Origin: Dicyema japonicum
Lineage: Eukaryota > Animalia > Dicyemida
Direction of reading: 5' to 3'
Assembly (NCBI GenBank): GCA_011109175.1
Contig: RDEW01000027.1
Span: 860,277-924,276, forward strand
Length of the DNA stretch: 64,000 nt
Position numbers and translations under genes: made by a program. The notes under the pieces are model-generated. The model ran no database searches and was not told where the DNA came from. It saw only the letters and a program-made list of their open reading frames with translations. This document shows positions 12,103 to 25,900 of this stretch, one piece after another. Positions within the stretch are counted from its first letter, which is position 1. Each line of letters starts with the position of its first letter.

Positions 12103-12494
12103 GTCCAATAGATTTCTAATTTTTATAATAAAGATGATTTTATTGAAATGGTTGTGTTTTTTAGATACTAACTATTTATTATTAGTGGTTGAGGTATTCT
12201 ATTTGGGCCACGTGCTGCTATGCGGCTACCTTCACTCTGGTGGCGTCATCGGATCCACCTCACTCAGAAGTCGTTCAATGTCTGGCCGGCATTCAAAAGG
12301 ATCCATCTATTTATTTCACCGGGAGACAATTTCACTCCCTGTAGACGAGTTATGGAATCAACCTTATTTCCTCGGACAACGCTCTCTGGATCACTGTGCT
12401 TTGGTGAAGGTTCTGCTGGAACGCGTTAGGGTCAGGGAATTTGTCACTTAGTTTTACCCTTGGTCTTTGGAATAATTTAATTAGTTATTAGTGT

Positions 12495-12620
12495 TTAAGG
12501 TGGTGACGTGGCTCTCTTGTACAAGTGTCTTTCTATCTACCAGCCTGTTCTCTCTTGGCACCCTGCATGCCAGAGGACTCAATCCTATGTATAAAAAAAC
12601 TCGAATTCTGTTTCAATCCT
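12495..12620 (+). mobile_element. Diverged 5' end of the RTE-like LINE family
   Basis: AGGTGGTGACGT...CTCTTGGCACCCTGCATGCCAGAGGACTCAATC aligns to 35551-35650 of the intact LINE. Confidence 0.7.
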
Positions 12621-12849
12621 ATGCTCAATGCCAAAACTATTGGAAAAACTAGTCCTTTTAAAAATTAAGGACGTTCTGCCGGAGATGTCATTTTGCACGG
12701 ATTCAACAATCCATGAAGGACATCCTATTGTAGGAGTGCTGTTTGCTAGAGGAAAACTCAACCCATGACGGTCCAAACTTTTTACTATGAAGAGCCTGAA
12801 AATGTGGGTGGACCTGGTTCAAAGAGGAGACTAATTAATTGAGACAGAT

Positions 12850-13480
12850 CTTATTTATTTAAAACTCCCAAGACCACAAAGAAAGGTTAAACCCATTAAT
12901 TAGGTGATCTCAGCCTCCAATAGCTTGAGAACTCTTCTTGAGCGTTCCAGCGACCCAACGTCGCTTCTACTGAAAGGAGACTGGCGATGAATGTGCTGTC
13001 GAATTCCATAGGCCATATGGCTTTCCGCCTGAAAGAGTTTATATGCTCGATCCTTTAAGAGGAAAGGGCAAATTTCCAAGCGGAACAAGCATATTTAGCT
13101 GTCGAAGCAATAACCCGAAGATATAAATTATTTATATAACCTTCAGGTGGGAGGAGGTTCTTCTTTATGATAGTATCCGAAATAATTAGGTTATCCCGGT
13201 GCCCCTTTTCACCCTCGCCAATTTCATTCTATGCTCATCGAGGGACTCAACCGTTTCCAGAAAATGTATGCGCTTGCGGCTAAATAGGAAGTTTATGGGG
13301 GACGGATGTCTGAGGAAGGATCGCCCATTTTCAGATCGTGTCACGGATGAACATAGTGAAATCCATTGTTATTGGCAGAACCAGAGGAATCAACGGTCAT
13401 TCCTTCGTATTGAAAATTCCGACAGTGGAGTGACGAGGGTAGGATTCGTTCGACTATCGAACGCTAATTACTTTATTGTC
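12850..13480 (-). mobile_element. Degraded LINE 3' portion, family B
   Basis: Minus-strand 3' end GAGATCACCTAATT...GGGAGTTTTAAATAAATAA resembles the ends at ~9.3 kb and ~40.3 kb. Confidence 0.5.
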
Positions 13481-14569
13481 TAAATTTAAATAAATATCAT
13501 TAAAAGATTTATATTATATTTTTTTCGAAATTATTTTTGACTTTTAAAATCATAATTATTAACTTTTTTAACAAAAATATGTTTTTTGAGTTTTCTGTAA
13601 ATTAGAAATTTTTTTACAAAAATTCACTACCAATTTGAGAATTGAGTTTCTTTACATTGGAATCTGGAAGTCTGAAAGCCGTCCTCTTCGTCCTTTAAGT
13701 AAATTACCAATCCATAACTTTATTTTAGGGTTAGTCCATGTCTCTATTAACTTCTTAGTCAATATGCTTCTCAACACTGAGTCGAAGGCTTTTTGGATGT
13801 CCAACTTAAGTACAAAATCCGAAGATGACTACTGGGCGTGTTAAATCCCTCGGTAATAGAATGACTTAAAAAAGACAAATGGGTAGTGGCGGACCGATAC
13901 GTTTTAAAACCATGATGGAAGCTGGGTCAGGAAGGATCTTCAACAAAAAGTTTCTCTATGAGGCATGAGAGACTACGCGTCACATATATTGGAAGATATG
14001 AAGCTGAGGAATGATCTTGTATACCAGGCTCTGGAACAAGTATAATGATCGAGTTTCATCCATTTATTCGGAATCCAGTCACACGCACGATAAGGCTTCA
14101 CGATTCCAATAGCGTTCTTGACAATTCCTGGCAATAATACACCAGAATGTGGGATTAGGTCTGGGCCGACACAGACCTAACGTATATGGCCTTGAGAAGT
14201 CGTTGTGACTGACCTTGGCCTAGTGGGATATTAGATTATTTAGTTTTATGGTTTAAGTCTATTCTGGATTGTTACTAAGATTTTTTCAATCGGCGGAAAC
14301 TTTTTCCCAATTAAGCAAACAAAATAACTTTTCCTGTTGAGTCGACAAATGTTCAGCAAAGTATAAATCTTGAGTGAGTTTCTTTTCTTTATGAAACGAC
14401 AGGTATCTGAATCAATGGCCGGGTTTATAGACTAGTAGGTTGCTTGATACACGAACTGCCTCTCAGCCAATAGAAATCTTAATAATTTTACATCCGCGTG
14501 GATAGAAGTGAATAAAAAATTAAAATCCATAAGGTTCCAGTAGTTTAACAACTTGAAATCATATCAATC

Positions 14570-15090
14570 AGCCTTTTTGAATTCTGAAGGTTAGGTTTTT
14601 TTATGAGGGGTGTCTAAAGTTCTTGAGTTTAAGAGAATAGAAACACCTCATGAAATTGTAGACAAAATTCTGGGTGAGCATATTGATAGATCTGTGGTTG
14701 GGTGGCTGGTAAGGTAATTCAAAGTCACCAGTTATTGAAAGGAGCTAAAAAATGTAACACAAAAAACGTGTACAAGAAAGTGGGTTGCTCCACAATTATG
14801 CTTGAAATCACAAGAGCACAACGGTGGATCTTTGGACATGTATTGAGAATGGACTTAAATCAAAAATAATGTGCCAATTCTCCCCCTACGCTGGCCGATC
14901 CTTGGACGACCAAAGACTACCCTAACGACGGTTCTGGATGGGACCTCCAAAAGATTGGGAAGTTTCTCATAAACGGAGAATACTTAGAAGGACTATTTTA
15001 GCCTTCTCGCGACAGGAAAAGTGGAGAAAGTGGACATGATTGCCATCCTAGTGAAAAACGAGACCAGATAATTAGAAAAATGGATTCAGA
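14570..15090 (+). mobile_element. Degraded RTE-like LINE, C-terminal part
   Basis: WIFGHVLRMD and GRPKTTLTTVLDGDLQ match FGHILRLN and GRPRVTLPTILNGDL of the intact element. Confidence 0.75.
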
Positions 15091-15155
15091 CGCGTAAGCT
15101 GGTTAATTTAATAAAAATTATTTAAAAAGTAAATATAAACAATCTGGTGATGAGT

Positions 15156-16150
15156 CTATCCAACTGTCCACTCAGAACGCAACAACAAAGCAGTCAACCT
15201 CGATTTAGCATAGAACTGCATTTATCAAATAGCTTACCTCCTTCATTGGAGCAGATCGTCCAGAAGCGCTCCACACGCGCACAAATCTGTCCAACGACGC
15301 CGTAACAATATGTTCACCAATATGACCAATCGCTCGAATGGATCCTCGACCTCCTCGGTACTTTAACAAATTCTCTGAAAATTATAAAAACCAGACAAAC
15401 TAGGCTTCCGAATATCGACGACCACCAAATCACCAGTAATATCACCAAAAGCCACAGTATTTTGATTAGTGAGAATATTGAGTGATGAGAGTCCCTTGGA
15501 AAGTTGGAAATTGATATGAGGAGACTGTCCACTGTGTCGAATATCAAAACCGGACACCTCACCGGACTGAGTAGCAACAAGAACCAAGGAAGAATCCTCG
15601 AATATGTCCAGACCAGTAATGTTTACTAACACCGGAAGGTTCAGCCAATCATTTGAAGGTCTCTTTGCAGAAAACACCTGCTTTTGATTCTCAATGTCGA
15701 TAACTCGTAGCTGTGACTCCATACCTCCATAGGCAACAGCAGAATCCCCCACCTTCTTCAAAACATCACATCTCCCCTTTAATGAAAAGTCATCTTTCTG
15801 CATAATAATAAAATGGATCATACCCGTGAGCCAGTGAGGGTATAAATGTGGAGTCTGTGAGATTCACTCACGATTATGGAGTTTTCCGTACAATTCTGCA
15901 TTCCTGTGAGAAACTGAGAAGTATCCACCTGAAATTCTTTCTCAATTGAGGACGTTAATGGATTCATACTGCTGATTGTACCAGATTTATTAGCATATAT
16001 TATATTATCATTGTTCCATATCATGGAACATATTTCACGTTCTCTGTTTAACTTAGAAATGTCCGTATATGTTGTTCCAAGTGATTCATGAAGGTTATGT
16101 CCTTTTAAAAGTCCAGTATCACCTCCAACAAAAATATCGTTGATGACCAT
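15156..16150 (-). CDS. WDR74: WD-repeat 60S biogenesis factor NSA1/WDR74, multi-exon
   Basis: IFVGGDTGLLKG start, AKRPSNDWLNLPV, GSIRAIG, TASLDRFVRVW and FYAKSRLTALLL; splices with 22-26 nt introns. Confidence 0.9.
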
Positions 16151-16319
16151 TGCACCACAAGAAAAATTAAATATCACGTTTATTTTTAAAAAAAAAATCA
16201 AATAAATAAATTTCATAATTATTTTAATTAATAGAATAAAAGTTTTTAACTTGCATCTTGTCTATAGTACTTGAAAAACTCGTCCTCTTGGTGATTACGC
16301 CTTTTCTTTTGCAGTTTTA

Positions 16320-16780
16320 ATGCAACTCTACCTCATATGTGAACACTGTTGTCTCTATGAAAACTATTCTGCCGAAGAATGAAATGATATCCGGTACAAT
16401 AGAACGTGCGACAAAAATGGAATAGGGTGGACTCACTTCCCCATCTCTTTTCGGAAGCGGAAGCCTGTAATGGAGTATTGAAAGATGGATTTGGTCGGCA
16501 CAAGCAGGTGCTCTCATTGGGTTCCTTCCTTGGATTAATTAGTTGTGACTGTTTGTGTTGGGCTACCAAAGATGGTAAGCCTGGGGTTAGTAATAATAAC
16601 TGTTGTCTCTACTTATATTAACAAAGCCTTCGACACAGTACCTAAGAAACATCTCATTGGAAAAATCTACTCATCATACATTCGTTCATCCAAACTTAAA
16701 CTTGTGGTTCGCCAACATTCTTACAGGACGATATGGGAAACCTCAGGTCATACATAGCTTTACTAAAAACAGATTTCCCT
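16320..16780 (+). mobile_element. LINE family A 3' end followed by a short RT fragment
   Basis: Homologous to 1880-2200 and 27070-27300, then KAFDTVPKKHLIGKI (RT motif). Confidence 0.65.
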
Positions 16781-16861
16781 AGGTTTCTGATAGCAAAATT
16801 ACAGATTGTTGTTCGAAAAATTTAAGACCCTATTTAGATTAACTATACAAAATTAAAAAAA

Positions 16862-17130
16862 TGCCATATTAGCTATAACTTCACCCAGGCAGGACAAACT
16901 TAATTTAAGTAAAGAACAGTTATTATAAGTAATCGTAGAGGGAGAACCAAGGAGTGCTCTTCATTTCTTTTTGTTGGATGTATTGAAATGTTTACGATGA
17001 CGGCGTCACATGTCAAGCCGAAGCATCGAGATGCGGGGAACCTTCAACCGAAATGTACAGCATCAAGATTCGAACTAAAGACCTTCAGGTATCTTGCTCG
17101 GCACCGGCATATCATCAGACTTAACGACCT
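16862..17130 (-). mobile_element. Older diverged copy of the SINE family
   Basis: Shares GGCAGGACA, AAGTAAAGAACAGTT, GAACCAAGGA, GATGACGGCGTCAC and GATTCGAAC blocks with 7043-7375. Confidence 0.75.
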
Positions 17131-17277
17131 ATTCAAGCTGAGACTGTCTGCCATTTGGAGGCGTCCATTGACAGTGATGTTTGTACATAAAAGGGAAAGA
17201 CAGGGCGTCATTATGCATGAAGACAAAAAATAAAATCAAGTATTTTTCCAATAAAAATATTTACATAAATCATAAAC

Positions 17278-18108
17278 TCAATAGAGAAGCGCTTGAATCT
17301 GCTCATCAGTGATTATTGTGTAACACATAAATCCCTTATCCACCTGATATCCATTTACTTCACATGAATTCAAATCTCCAAAAACAGATTGAGTACACCT
17401 ATCCATCACTTCCACTTGCGGCTTTACTTCAAAAGAAATAAAATCCCCAAAATCCGATTGGGTAGATCTATCCATCACTGATTTCAGTTCAAGGGAATTC
17501 AAATCCGATTGTATATCCACATCAACCATTTTCACCGGTTCTTTTACTTCATAACTGGGGGAATCTTCAAACTGAGTGCTTTTATTGACCCTCTCCAGTT
17601 TCACAGTCTGAATTTTGACGTCATTTGTCTTTTTAGGTGGAGCCTCGCTCATGGAAGGTGTCCTAGAAGACGCCTTAGACTTCTTGCTACTCGGAATAAT
17701 TTGTTCTACAGGAGTAACAGCTTCAACTAGAACTTTAAAAGGTTAAATAAACCCACTAAGTTGTCGAGTGCATCAGTTTGACATTCTACGTTGCGTGTCT
17801 TGAGGTAGGAAGAATCTAAAGAGTGAACAATGTGAGTACTTTTGAAGTAGTCCTCGAAGGATTCCTGGCCTTCAGAGGTGAATAAAGAAAAGATCCTCTT
17901 CATATAGTTTCCCTGTTGGTCAAGGATGAATTTTGGGATGTCTCCTTCGTTGGAGTCTTCAAGTGAAGTTCGAAAAAATACCGAAGGCAATGTAACCATC
18001 GCACTTAAATTCAGCCAACTTGGAGTCGACCCAGGAAATAAAATTGGGGAACAGTTCGGGAGGGACTGACTTAACAAGGTTCATAAACGGGACTGTGTAC
18101 TTTTTCAT
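17278..18108 (-). CDS. Hypothetical ~260-aa protein with a disordered C-terminal half rich in TQ/xQ(T/S) motifs
   Basis: ORF pieces join in frame via a 25-nt and a 20- or 26-nt GT-AG intron; contains an internal 69-nt (23-aa) duplication. No family recognised. Confidence 0.6.
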
Positions 18109-18499
18109 GCACAACGAAACAGATTAAGGTGTGAAGCCTTTTAATAATAATAATAATTTATTTCGTTTTCAAAATTGTGAATTTAAATTTCAGTTTCATT
18201 AAAATTATCCCATTTTTAATCTCCCTTGGAAACACAGTTTTTGTTTTGGTTGAGCTGGTGACGGTGACTCTTGAAAACTATGTCTGGAAAACAAGGAAAT
18301 TCAAGAACTAGGCTATCCCTCTTTAAGTTCATTGACCGAGAGCTTAACGACAGTATTTGGTATGAACTTTGAGGAGATTGAAGACTTTTATACTGATCTC
18401 TCAGTTTTCTACTCTGAACATGCAGAATCAACATTAATAATGAATGTGGGGGACCTAACGAAAAAGTGAAAATAACCCACAAGAAGTGAATATATCAAG

Positions 18500-19220
18500 C
18501 TCTAAATGTAAAATAACAAAATTACAGGCCCAACGGTCATAATGCGAATTCTTTAAATAAGTAACTCAGAAGCTGTATGAAAGCATTGTCGGATTTTAAA
18601 TGAAATATATAGAAGCCGCAGCTACCTGTTGCTAGGAGAGGGGACCCTGATACCCGTTCGGAAGGTTTATAAACCAAGGGCTCACAAGTGGAGGTACGCA
18701 AAGGTCCAAAGATTCAAAGTGATAATAACTATCCGGATTGACAGTCAGATTGACTAGGACTTGTCATTTATCTTGAAGGAGCTCCCCGGGATCCGAAGAC
18801 GCTCCTCGAAGGATAAACGAGCATATTAGAGAACGTAGATGGTGTTGATTTAATTTCAAATGGTAAAGAACCACTTTATTTGAGAAAGTACCAGGGAAGC
18901 TGGCTGAATGGTTTCTAACGGTAATCCTGACAAAACCGAAATTACTGAACTCAAAGGAGAGGAAGCGAAGACAAAGAAGTACCTGCGCAAAGCCAAATAG
19001 TCGCATTCCCTCCTCGGAGACAACGAGGACATACAAGAGGAAAAACAGTAGTAAATGTCACAAGAAAACCTGTTTCATCCGTATAGGGTTTAGCCTGGAT
19101 ATAAGAGTCAGTCTCTATGATACACTTGCAAAACCCATGCTCATATACAAAACAGGTTCTTGGACCTGCACAAAAAAGGAACTTGGAAGTTTAACTCTTT
19201 TCAAAGAGATCACTTTCGAC
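18500..19220 (+). mobile_element. Degraded RTE-like LINE pieces
   Basis: LGEGTLIPVRK and RVSLYDTLAKPMLIYKTGSWT align to LGKGWLIPLQK and KLRIYKAFVIPVLTYNSGTWG of the intact LINE. Confidence 0.65.
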
Positions 19221-19889
19221 GTATCCTGTCCTCCTGAAACCACTCCAGATTTCCGTCCAACATTCTTTAAAAGAGAACAATGAGCATCTTCTCTTCCACC
19301 TTTCTTTCTCTTTTCTCCATCACTCTATTGGAGTAGTTCCCACGACTGCAAAGGCTGAATGGGTTTTCTCTTTTCCATTGGTTCTGAATGAATTTGTATG
19401 TCATATCGAAAAGATTCTGCTTCTGGGAACCGGTTGCATATATTAACCTCTTTCTCGGTGTATCCAGGTTTAATAAAAATGCGTTGCTTCACTTTCCTCC
19501 CCCGTCGGGCCCTTTGTTTATGCTGTCAAGTGCAAGTGGTTCCAGTTTTACTGGATATCAGCGACTTTAACTTTCCAAGTTGATGTTAGACTTGAACATT
19601 ATTTTTTGAAATCATATTGAAAATCAATAACAAAATATTTAGAAACAAAGATCAAGAATATCATAAGTTCATTTAAACTTAAAAGTGATACCTCACATTA
19701 CGATTTGTACTCAAAAGAAATATATAACCCGAAATAAAATACATTAGTTTGGTTAATCACCTAATGGACCTTGAAATCCACATAATTTATACACAAAAAA
19801 TTACTATGAAAGTAACTTTACAAATAAATTTTGTGGGCTCTTGCATCGTTTACTTTAAATGTGAAAGTGGCCCTTCAAGGCACAGCGTT

Positions 19890-20110
19890 ATAAGTTTCAG
19901 GCCGTTCCAGTTAGAGGATCTCGACATTTACTATGCTCACTGTCCTGACGAGTGACGCCATAATCAATGAGACTTCACTGAGTTACTGGATTCTCCACAA
20001 TGACTTACATACAACCAAAAAGAAGCCAAGAATATTATTGCCTCAATTCCTATTCTTTCCTTCTTAAAATAAGGTGTGTGCCCTCCAAAGTGGAGGCTTA
20101 AGTACTGGAA
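19890..20110 (+). mobile_element. Old diverged SINE-family copy
   Basis: TGACGAGTGACGCC, ACTGGATT and AAATAAGGTGTGTGCCCT blocks match the SINE body and tail. Confidence 0.6.
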
Positions 20111-20404
20111 AAATTAAACTACTCCAATTTCATCGGTTTTTATCAGTCTTCTAAATAAACAGTGAACCCTTGTTGAACGGCTACATGGATTCAAATGAAC
20201 ACATTCATGAAATTCCCTAGGAATGCATTCAGTCACGGTAAATTAAATAAAATTTAGCGGTTATGAGGATGAATGAATAACAACAAATCAAAATAAATAG
20301 ACCAAATAAGAGGAAAAAACCTCATTTTTAGAAAAATAACCGCCTAAAGGAAGGTTATCGCTAAATCAAGGATAAATTTATTACGTCATAATTCATACTA
20401 GTCC

Positions 20405-21058
20405 TCACATGACGTAAGAGGGTTGCGAACTAGAATCTTCTACAACAAAAACAATCCAAAAGCAATCTAGAATAAAATAAACTCAAACCTGATATGGAAA
20501 GTCCATTGTTGAGACAAATTCTCAGTCGGCTATAGAAACTTCCAACAGAGGGATGACAGTTAAACACAAAGTTTAACTCGAACGTTGTCTTTGGATCCAA
20601 CGGAGGGACCGCGGTTAAAGGAAATATCTCGGTTCCTTCAACAAACTCAAATCTGCTTCCTTCTGGAACAGCTGTTTCGCCTGAGATATTAGTGTTACTT
20701 AAAACCAGAGTTTCCAAGGATTAATGACTTGCAGATCACCAAAGGTTGGTTGCATGGCCAGGACGAAAAGTCTTGAGCTACAACTGTGGGTTGGTCAGGA
20801 TGAGGATCGACAACTTCCAAGTGGGGAAGAGTAAAGCTGTCGCAGTATAAATCGTAGTAACAGCCGATGGCTTTTGGAATAGAACTGACATTAGAGGTAA
20901 GAAAACCCGTCAGACATTTCGAGAAGATAAAGGCTTTGTTCCATGGTGATCTCGTAGTTAGTAATCTCCTGTAATTTTATGGCCTTGTTTTCGGTTCTAT
21001 TTACATCCAATGAACGCATCTGCTTCATTAAGAGTTCGTCAATATCTTCTTCGGACAT
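20405..21058 (-). CDS. ILRUN: UBA-like + FW (NBR1-like) domain protein ILRUN/C6orf106
   Basis: LLMKQMRSL, YLLEMSDGSIPKAIGCYYD, NISGETAVPEG, VPPLDP and DCFWIVFVVE; canonical introns of 22, 31 and 22 nt give an open frame. Confidence 0.85.
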
Positions 21059-22572
21059 TGTAACAAAAAGTAGAGTAAATTTAAAATATTTTTAAATATA
21101 ATCAAATAAAAAATTAATAATTAGTAAATAAAATTTCTAAATACGTGCGTTAATTATAATAACTAAAATCCTCATATGCGGAACCGTATTTTTCCGCATT
21201 TTTGGATAATGATGAAACCTGCTGTCTTGTGAAAAGGAAAGTAGGTTGACCCAGAAATTCTTTTTTCAAGTCGAATTTTTTTGCAAGCCAAAAAGAGGCC
21301 TTTCAATAACTACGGACCTAAGATGATGAATTCATTTAACTGCTTGATTGCGTTTGTCTTTCTCAGTGAATCTGGGATTTTAAAAAAATAATTCACTTTT
21401 TAGGCACGTGTGTCAGTTGCTGTTATAAATGAGTTAAAAGTCGAATAAGAAACATTTTATAAAGTAAAAGTAATTATTTTACAACGCCCGTCTAACTCAA
21501 TATTTTCTTCATTGTGCCAACCTCTATTGCTTGTAGAGACAACCCTAGGTTGACATTCCATACCGTCTTCCTCCATCACCAGACATCAATATTCCATGTC
21601 CCTCCTCAGCTTGCATACTCTCCAAAGTCTTCCGTAGAATAGCATTTGTATATAAGCTTTGACCGACTCCTCCACTTTGAGGGCATCTAGGTGGCCCTTA
21701 AACAATCTCGAGACAATTCCATCCCAGGTGATGACCGGAGAGATTATTTTCACCTTTGCGCGATGGATAATCTCAAGTTCGTTTCGCCAGTAGGTCAACC
21801 TGTGGAACTTTTCTACCTTCCACCTGCTTGAGGCAGTTTTGCCAAGTGAGCCCAATTTCAACTAGAGTAATCCTATTTTTTGTCTTATCATTAACGAAAA
21901 TGTCGGGTTTGTCATTCGTTACAGGCATATCCGTACTGATTGTCGTTTCTACACGAATCTCCACAAATTTATTTTCGACAACAGATTGTACTCAATGGGT
22001 CTTTAGATTCTTAGTTTTTCTTATTTCATGTTGACGGAAAAGATGTAGGTGTAAGCATCTGACAACTTAGTTGTGCCTAAGATACGATCTATTCAGAATT
22101 CTCCCACACCTAGTTGCAGGTGATCGACGGTCTTGTCAAGTCCTTTACATTTTTAATGTTGTACTTTCGGGAGATGAGTTCAACTACAGTGGTGTGTTTT
22201 CATTGAATTAATGACCCGTAGAATTCCCACTCTTCTTAGGCAGTAATTTGTTTCATGTTCCAAGTCACCATAAAATCTGAGGAGCATTCGTTCTGCTTTG
22301 TTACTGACAGGCTCGAAACGTCTTCCAAATTTATTTCTTATAAAGTGAGAGTGCCACTCGTTCATCGACCTAAACAGGTTTACTTAGTTTAAACCCGTCT
22401 TCGTCAAAAGTTTGATCCGCTTAGATGTTTCTCCGTAGATTTTATCTATAATTTTTTCTTTAAGGACATTACTGTTTTTAGAACTATAAAATCGCCTTCT
22501 ATTCAATTTGAAGCACCAGTTGGCACTTCTAAACCTCTTTTCCGATTCATAAACTCGCAACTTCTTTTAACA

Positions 22573-22722
22573 CACTTTAAGTAAAGAACAGTTAATTTTA
22601 ACTAATCTTAGAACCAAGGAATGATCTTAACTTTTTTTTTCTTTTTCTTGTGTGTGGGTCCTTTCTAGACAATTCAATTCCGCAGTGCGTATCCACTGAT
22701 GACGGCGTCACTCGTCAAACCA
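22573..22722 (-). mobile_element. Internal SINE fragment (no head, no tail) with 16-bp TSD
   Basis: Near-identical to SINE positions ~7111-7265; flanked by GCAACTTCTTTT(T)AACA at 22557-22572 and 22723-22739. Confidence 0.9.
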
Positions 22723-22994
22723 GCAACTTCTTTTTAACATCTTGATTTGATCGCGAACAAATGAAGAAACATTCTCGAATTCTACTCCCTTCGGTTTTAT
22801 AGCCATTTAGCATAAGAAACTCGTATTTATTCGTCAAATTACTTCTTCCCGTTCATTTCACTAGCTGTTCGAATTTGTTCAAGTTGTTGCTTAAGTTTAG
22901 TGAGTTTGCTTTTCATTGACTCATCCCAACTACTTTTAGTGTTTTTCTTCTTGGTAAGAGCCTCATAAGTGCACTGCCTAGCATATATGATATC

Positions 22995-25900
22995 AGTAGG
23001 GCGATTTTTGTCAATAAAGTCAAAAATTCATATGTTTTTTAAAATTGTTTAAAACTTATAAAAATGTAGTTTTTAATCAAAAATATTATATTAATCAAAA
23101 GTTATTAAGTCAAAAAAGTCAAAATTTTGGGTAATGTCAAAAAAGGTCAAAATTTAATTTTTTAGGCCAATAAAGTCGAAATTTTTATTGATTTTTATTT
23201 TTTTATTTTTCGAGTTTTTTAAATAAAATACTATCATGGTATCAATTATCATCATTCACTGTGATGCCGCGTTCAACCAAGAATGAAATTGAAAAGATTA
23301 AGTCTATTGTTAGTAAATATCCCAATGAATTTTCTATAAATTCACAAGGAAATCTTGTAATTTATGTGGGACATTTGTACCTGCAAAAAAACAATTTTTT
23401 ATTGAATCACATCGATCGTCTAAGAAGCACATCAAATTAGCTGGTTTATTATTTTTATTACTATTTTACAGGTGTCAATACTACAAAACTAACTTATTTT
23501 TTCGTCCCATCTGCCGACACATGGGTCGATAAAGTCACTAAGGCTTTTGTCGAATCCGAGATTCCCTTTCATAAGCTGAACAGTAAAAGCTTACGAGACT
23601 TGTTTGAGAGTATTGGACATAATTTTTCTTCTACTCACACTTGCCGAAAAAGTGTAGATAATTTATGGCAGAAGCAGCTTGACAGAATTAAGCTATTTTT
23701 TAGGTTTCATTTGCATTTATTATAGATCTGAAATAAATTTTGTTTTGATTGACGAAACTGATATCCGGGGACAGAAATATGTCAATACATTGGTAGAATT
23801 TCTGATCTAAAAAAATATTTTTAATATCTTGTCGTCCATTGTCTTCTGCGGCTAACCCGTCGACTGTCTGTCAGATAATTGACGATGTGCTAAGGGATTT
23901 TGCGATAGATCGAGAGAATTTTGTATTACTGGTATCTGATGAGCCAGATACATGGTAGCTGCCGCACAGGTATTGTGGATTTTTTATTTTAATCGATAAA
24001 GGTCGCGACTGTCAAAAACAAGACACGAAGAGAAAAATTTGCTGAAATCGGGTATCCACCTGAAGTTATTCTAACAAGATGGGGGATTAGGATGGAAGCA
24101 GGCCGCTATTATTGCAAAAATTACACATAAATAAAAAAAATAATTGAAAGTTTCGATGGAGAGGGGCTTTTAGTAGAAAGATATTTGCAAGCGGTTTGTC
24201 ACAACGAACTACGTACAATTTTATCATCAATTTTATGCCAATATGACGATATATGTGAAATGATAAAGAAGGCAGAAGAAACCTATTTCACTATAGAAGA
24301 CGCTGTTGAAGACATTTAAAAATTGCATTTCGGGGACGATTTATGTGGAATCGGGAAGTATCTAGAACAGAGCTTTTCAAAAATAATTCCCGCGGCACAC
24401 TAATCGTAAAAAAAATAATCCACGGCACACATTAAAAAATTAAATTTTTAAGATGTGTAAAACTAAGTACAAAAATTGAGAATTTAATGCCTAAATTTTT
24501 ATTAATAATAAAAATAAAATCTTAATTATTATTGTTTTTGCATATATCATCAATATCAGGTCGAATGGTAGACAAAGCCACCCGCATTTCAGCATCAATG
24601 TTTCTCAAACTTTCACGTTTGTTATATTTCATATTATGCAGCGTAGAAAAACATGTTTCGCATAAATAGGTCGTTGAGAACTGTAAAATTATGGTCAGTG
24701 TTGTTTTGATAAACTGGGATATATGTTTCGAATATATATCCAGAATTCTCCAATGTCTAACTCCGTCATCATTAATTTTAAAGATCGATCATTAAACAGT
24801 GCAATAAGTTCTTCATTTTCTTTAACAGATAAGTGTTTTGATTCTGACACAAGAAAAGGATTTCGTATCTAAAAATTATTTAAAAAATAATAACCCAATC
24901 GAATTTTTCAATTTCTAAGTCTGGAAAATAAGCATCCATTTTGTTTTCCAAAATTATTAAATGTTCATTAATCAGTCCCTGTATCGATTCACCATTATAT
25001 CCTTATTATAATTAAAATATAAAATAAACCATTCGTATTAGGAAACATAGTATAATCGCAATCTAAAACCCTTTTTCTCCAAAAACTGATTTTCATTTTC
25101 AAAGAATTTAATTTGTCCGTCGAAGATAAAATAGTCTCAGAACCTCCTTGCATACTTGCAATATTCTCCGACAAAGCACAAATCCGACGAGAAACAGTGT
25201 TATCTGACAAAGGTATCTTCATTATTTTTTGTTCATATTTATGACCAAACATTGTCCGAGCAATAATACGACAAGCAGGGATTATCAAGTTTTCGCCAAT
25301 AGTGTGAGGTTTTAGTTGTTTTGCTATCAATTCTGAGATCAGGTATGAACATTTCAATGATTCCTTTGTGTTTACAAAAGTTTCACTGAACATCATTTGA
25401 CTAGATCTACGATTCATAGTAAAAACTAAATAATACTTTTGTTGTTTTTTCAAATGGATAAAATAATCCACAGATTTTTCGGAATAGTCCGGATGCTTGG
25501 AGGTAAAATGTCTCTTTAGTTTGCTAGGAACCATAGCATCATTTGCCAAGACTTCCATACAAATTAGACATTGAGGTAGTTTATTTTTATCTATGCATAT
25601 AAATCCAAATGACAAATAAGAATCTTTATAAGAACGACGAACTGATTTACAGATAACCACGTTGATGCGCACGTTATTAAAAAATTATTAAATAATGGTT
25701 AACCAATGTAAATGTCATTTAATATATAATAAAAAAATGATTATTTTAATTTATTTATCTTTTTAAATTAATTAGGTCAAAAAATGTATATAAATTTATT
25801 CAAATTTGTATTTGGCAGGCGGCACACTAGAAATTGGCACACCGTTTGACAACCTCTGATCTAGAATCAAGATTATCTGTAAATCAAGTGCTTTCTATTT

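Noticed and set aside
20690-20745. Non-canonical GT-TG intron in ILRUN
   Set aside because: A canonical 31-nt GT-AG intron gives an open frame with the spacing expected for the FW domain.
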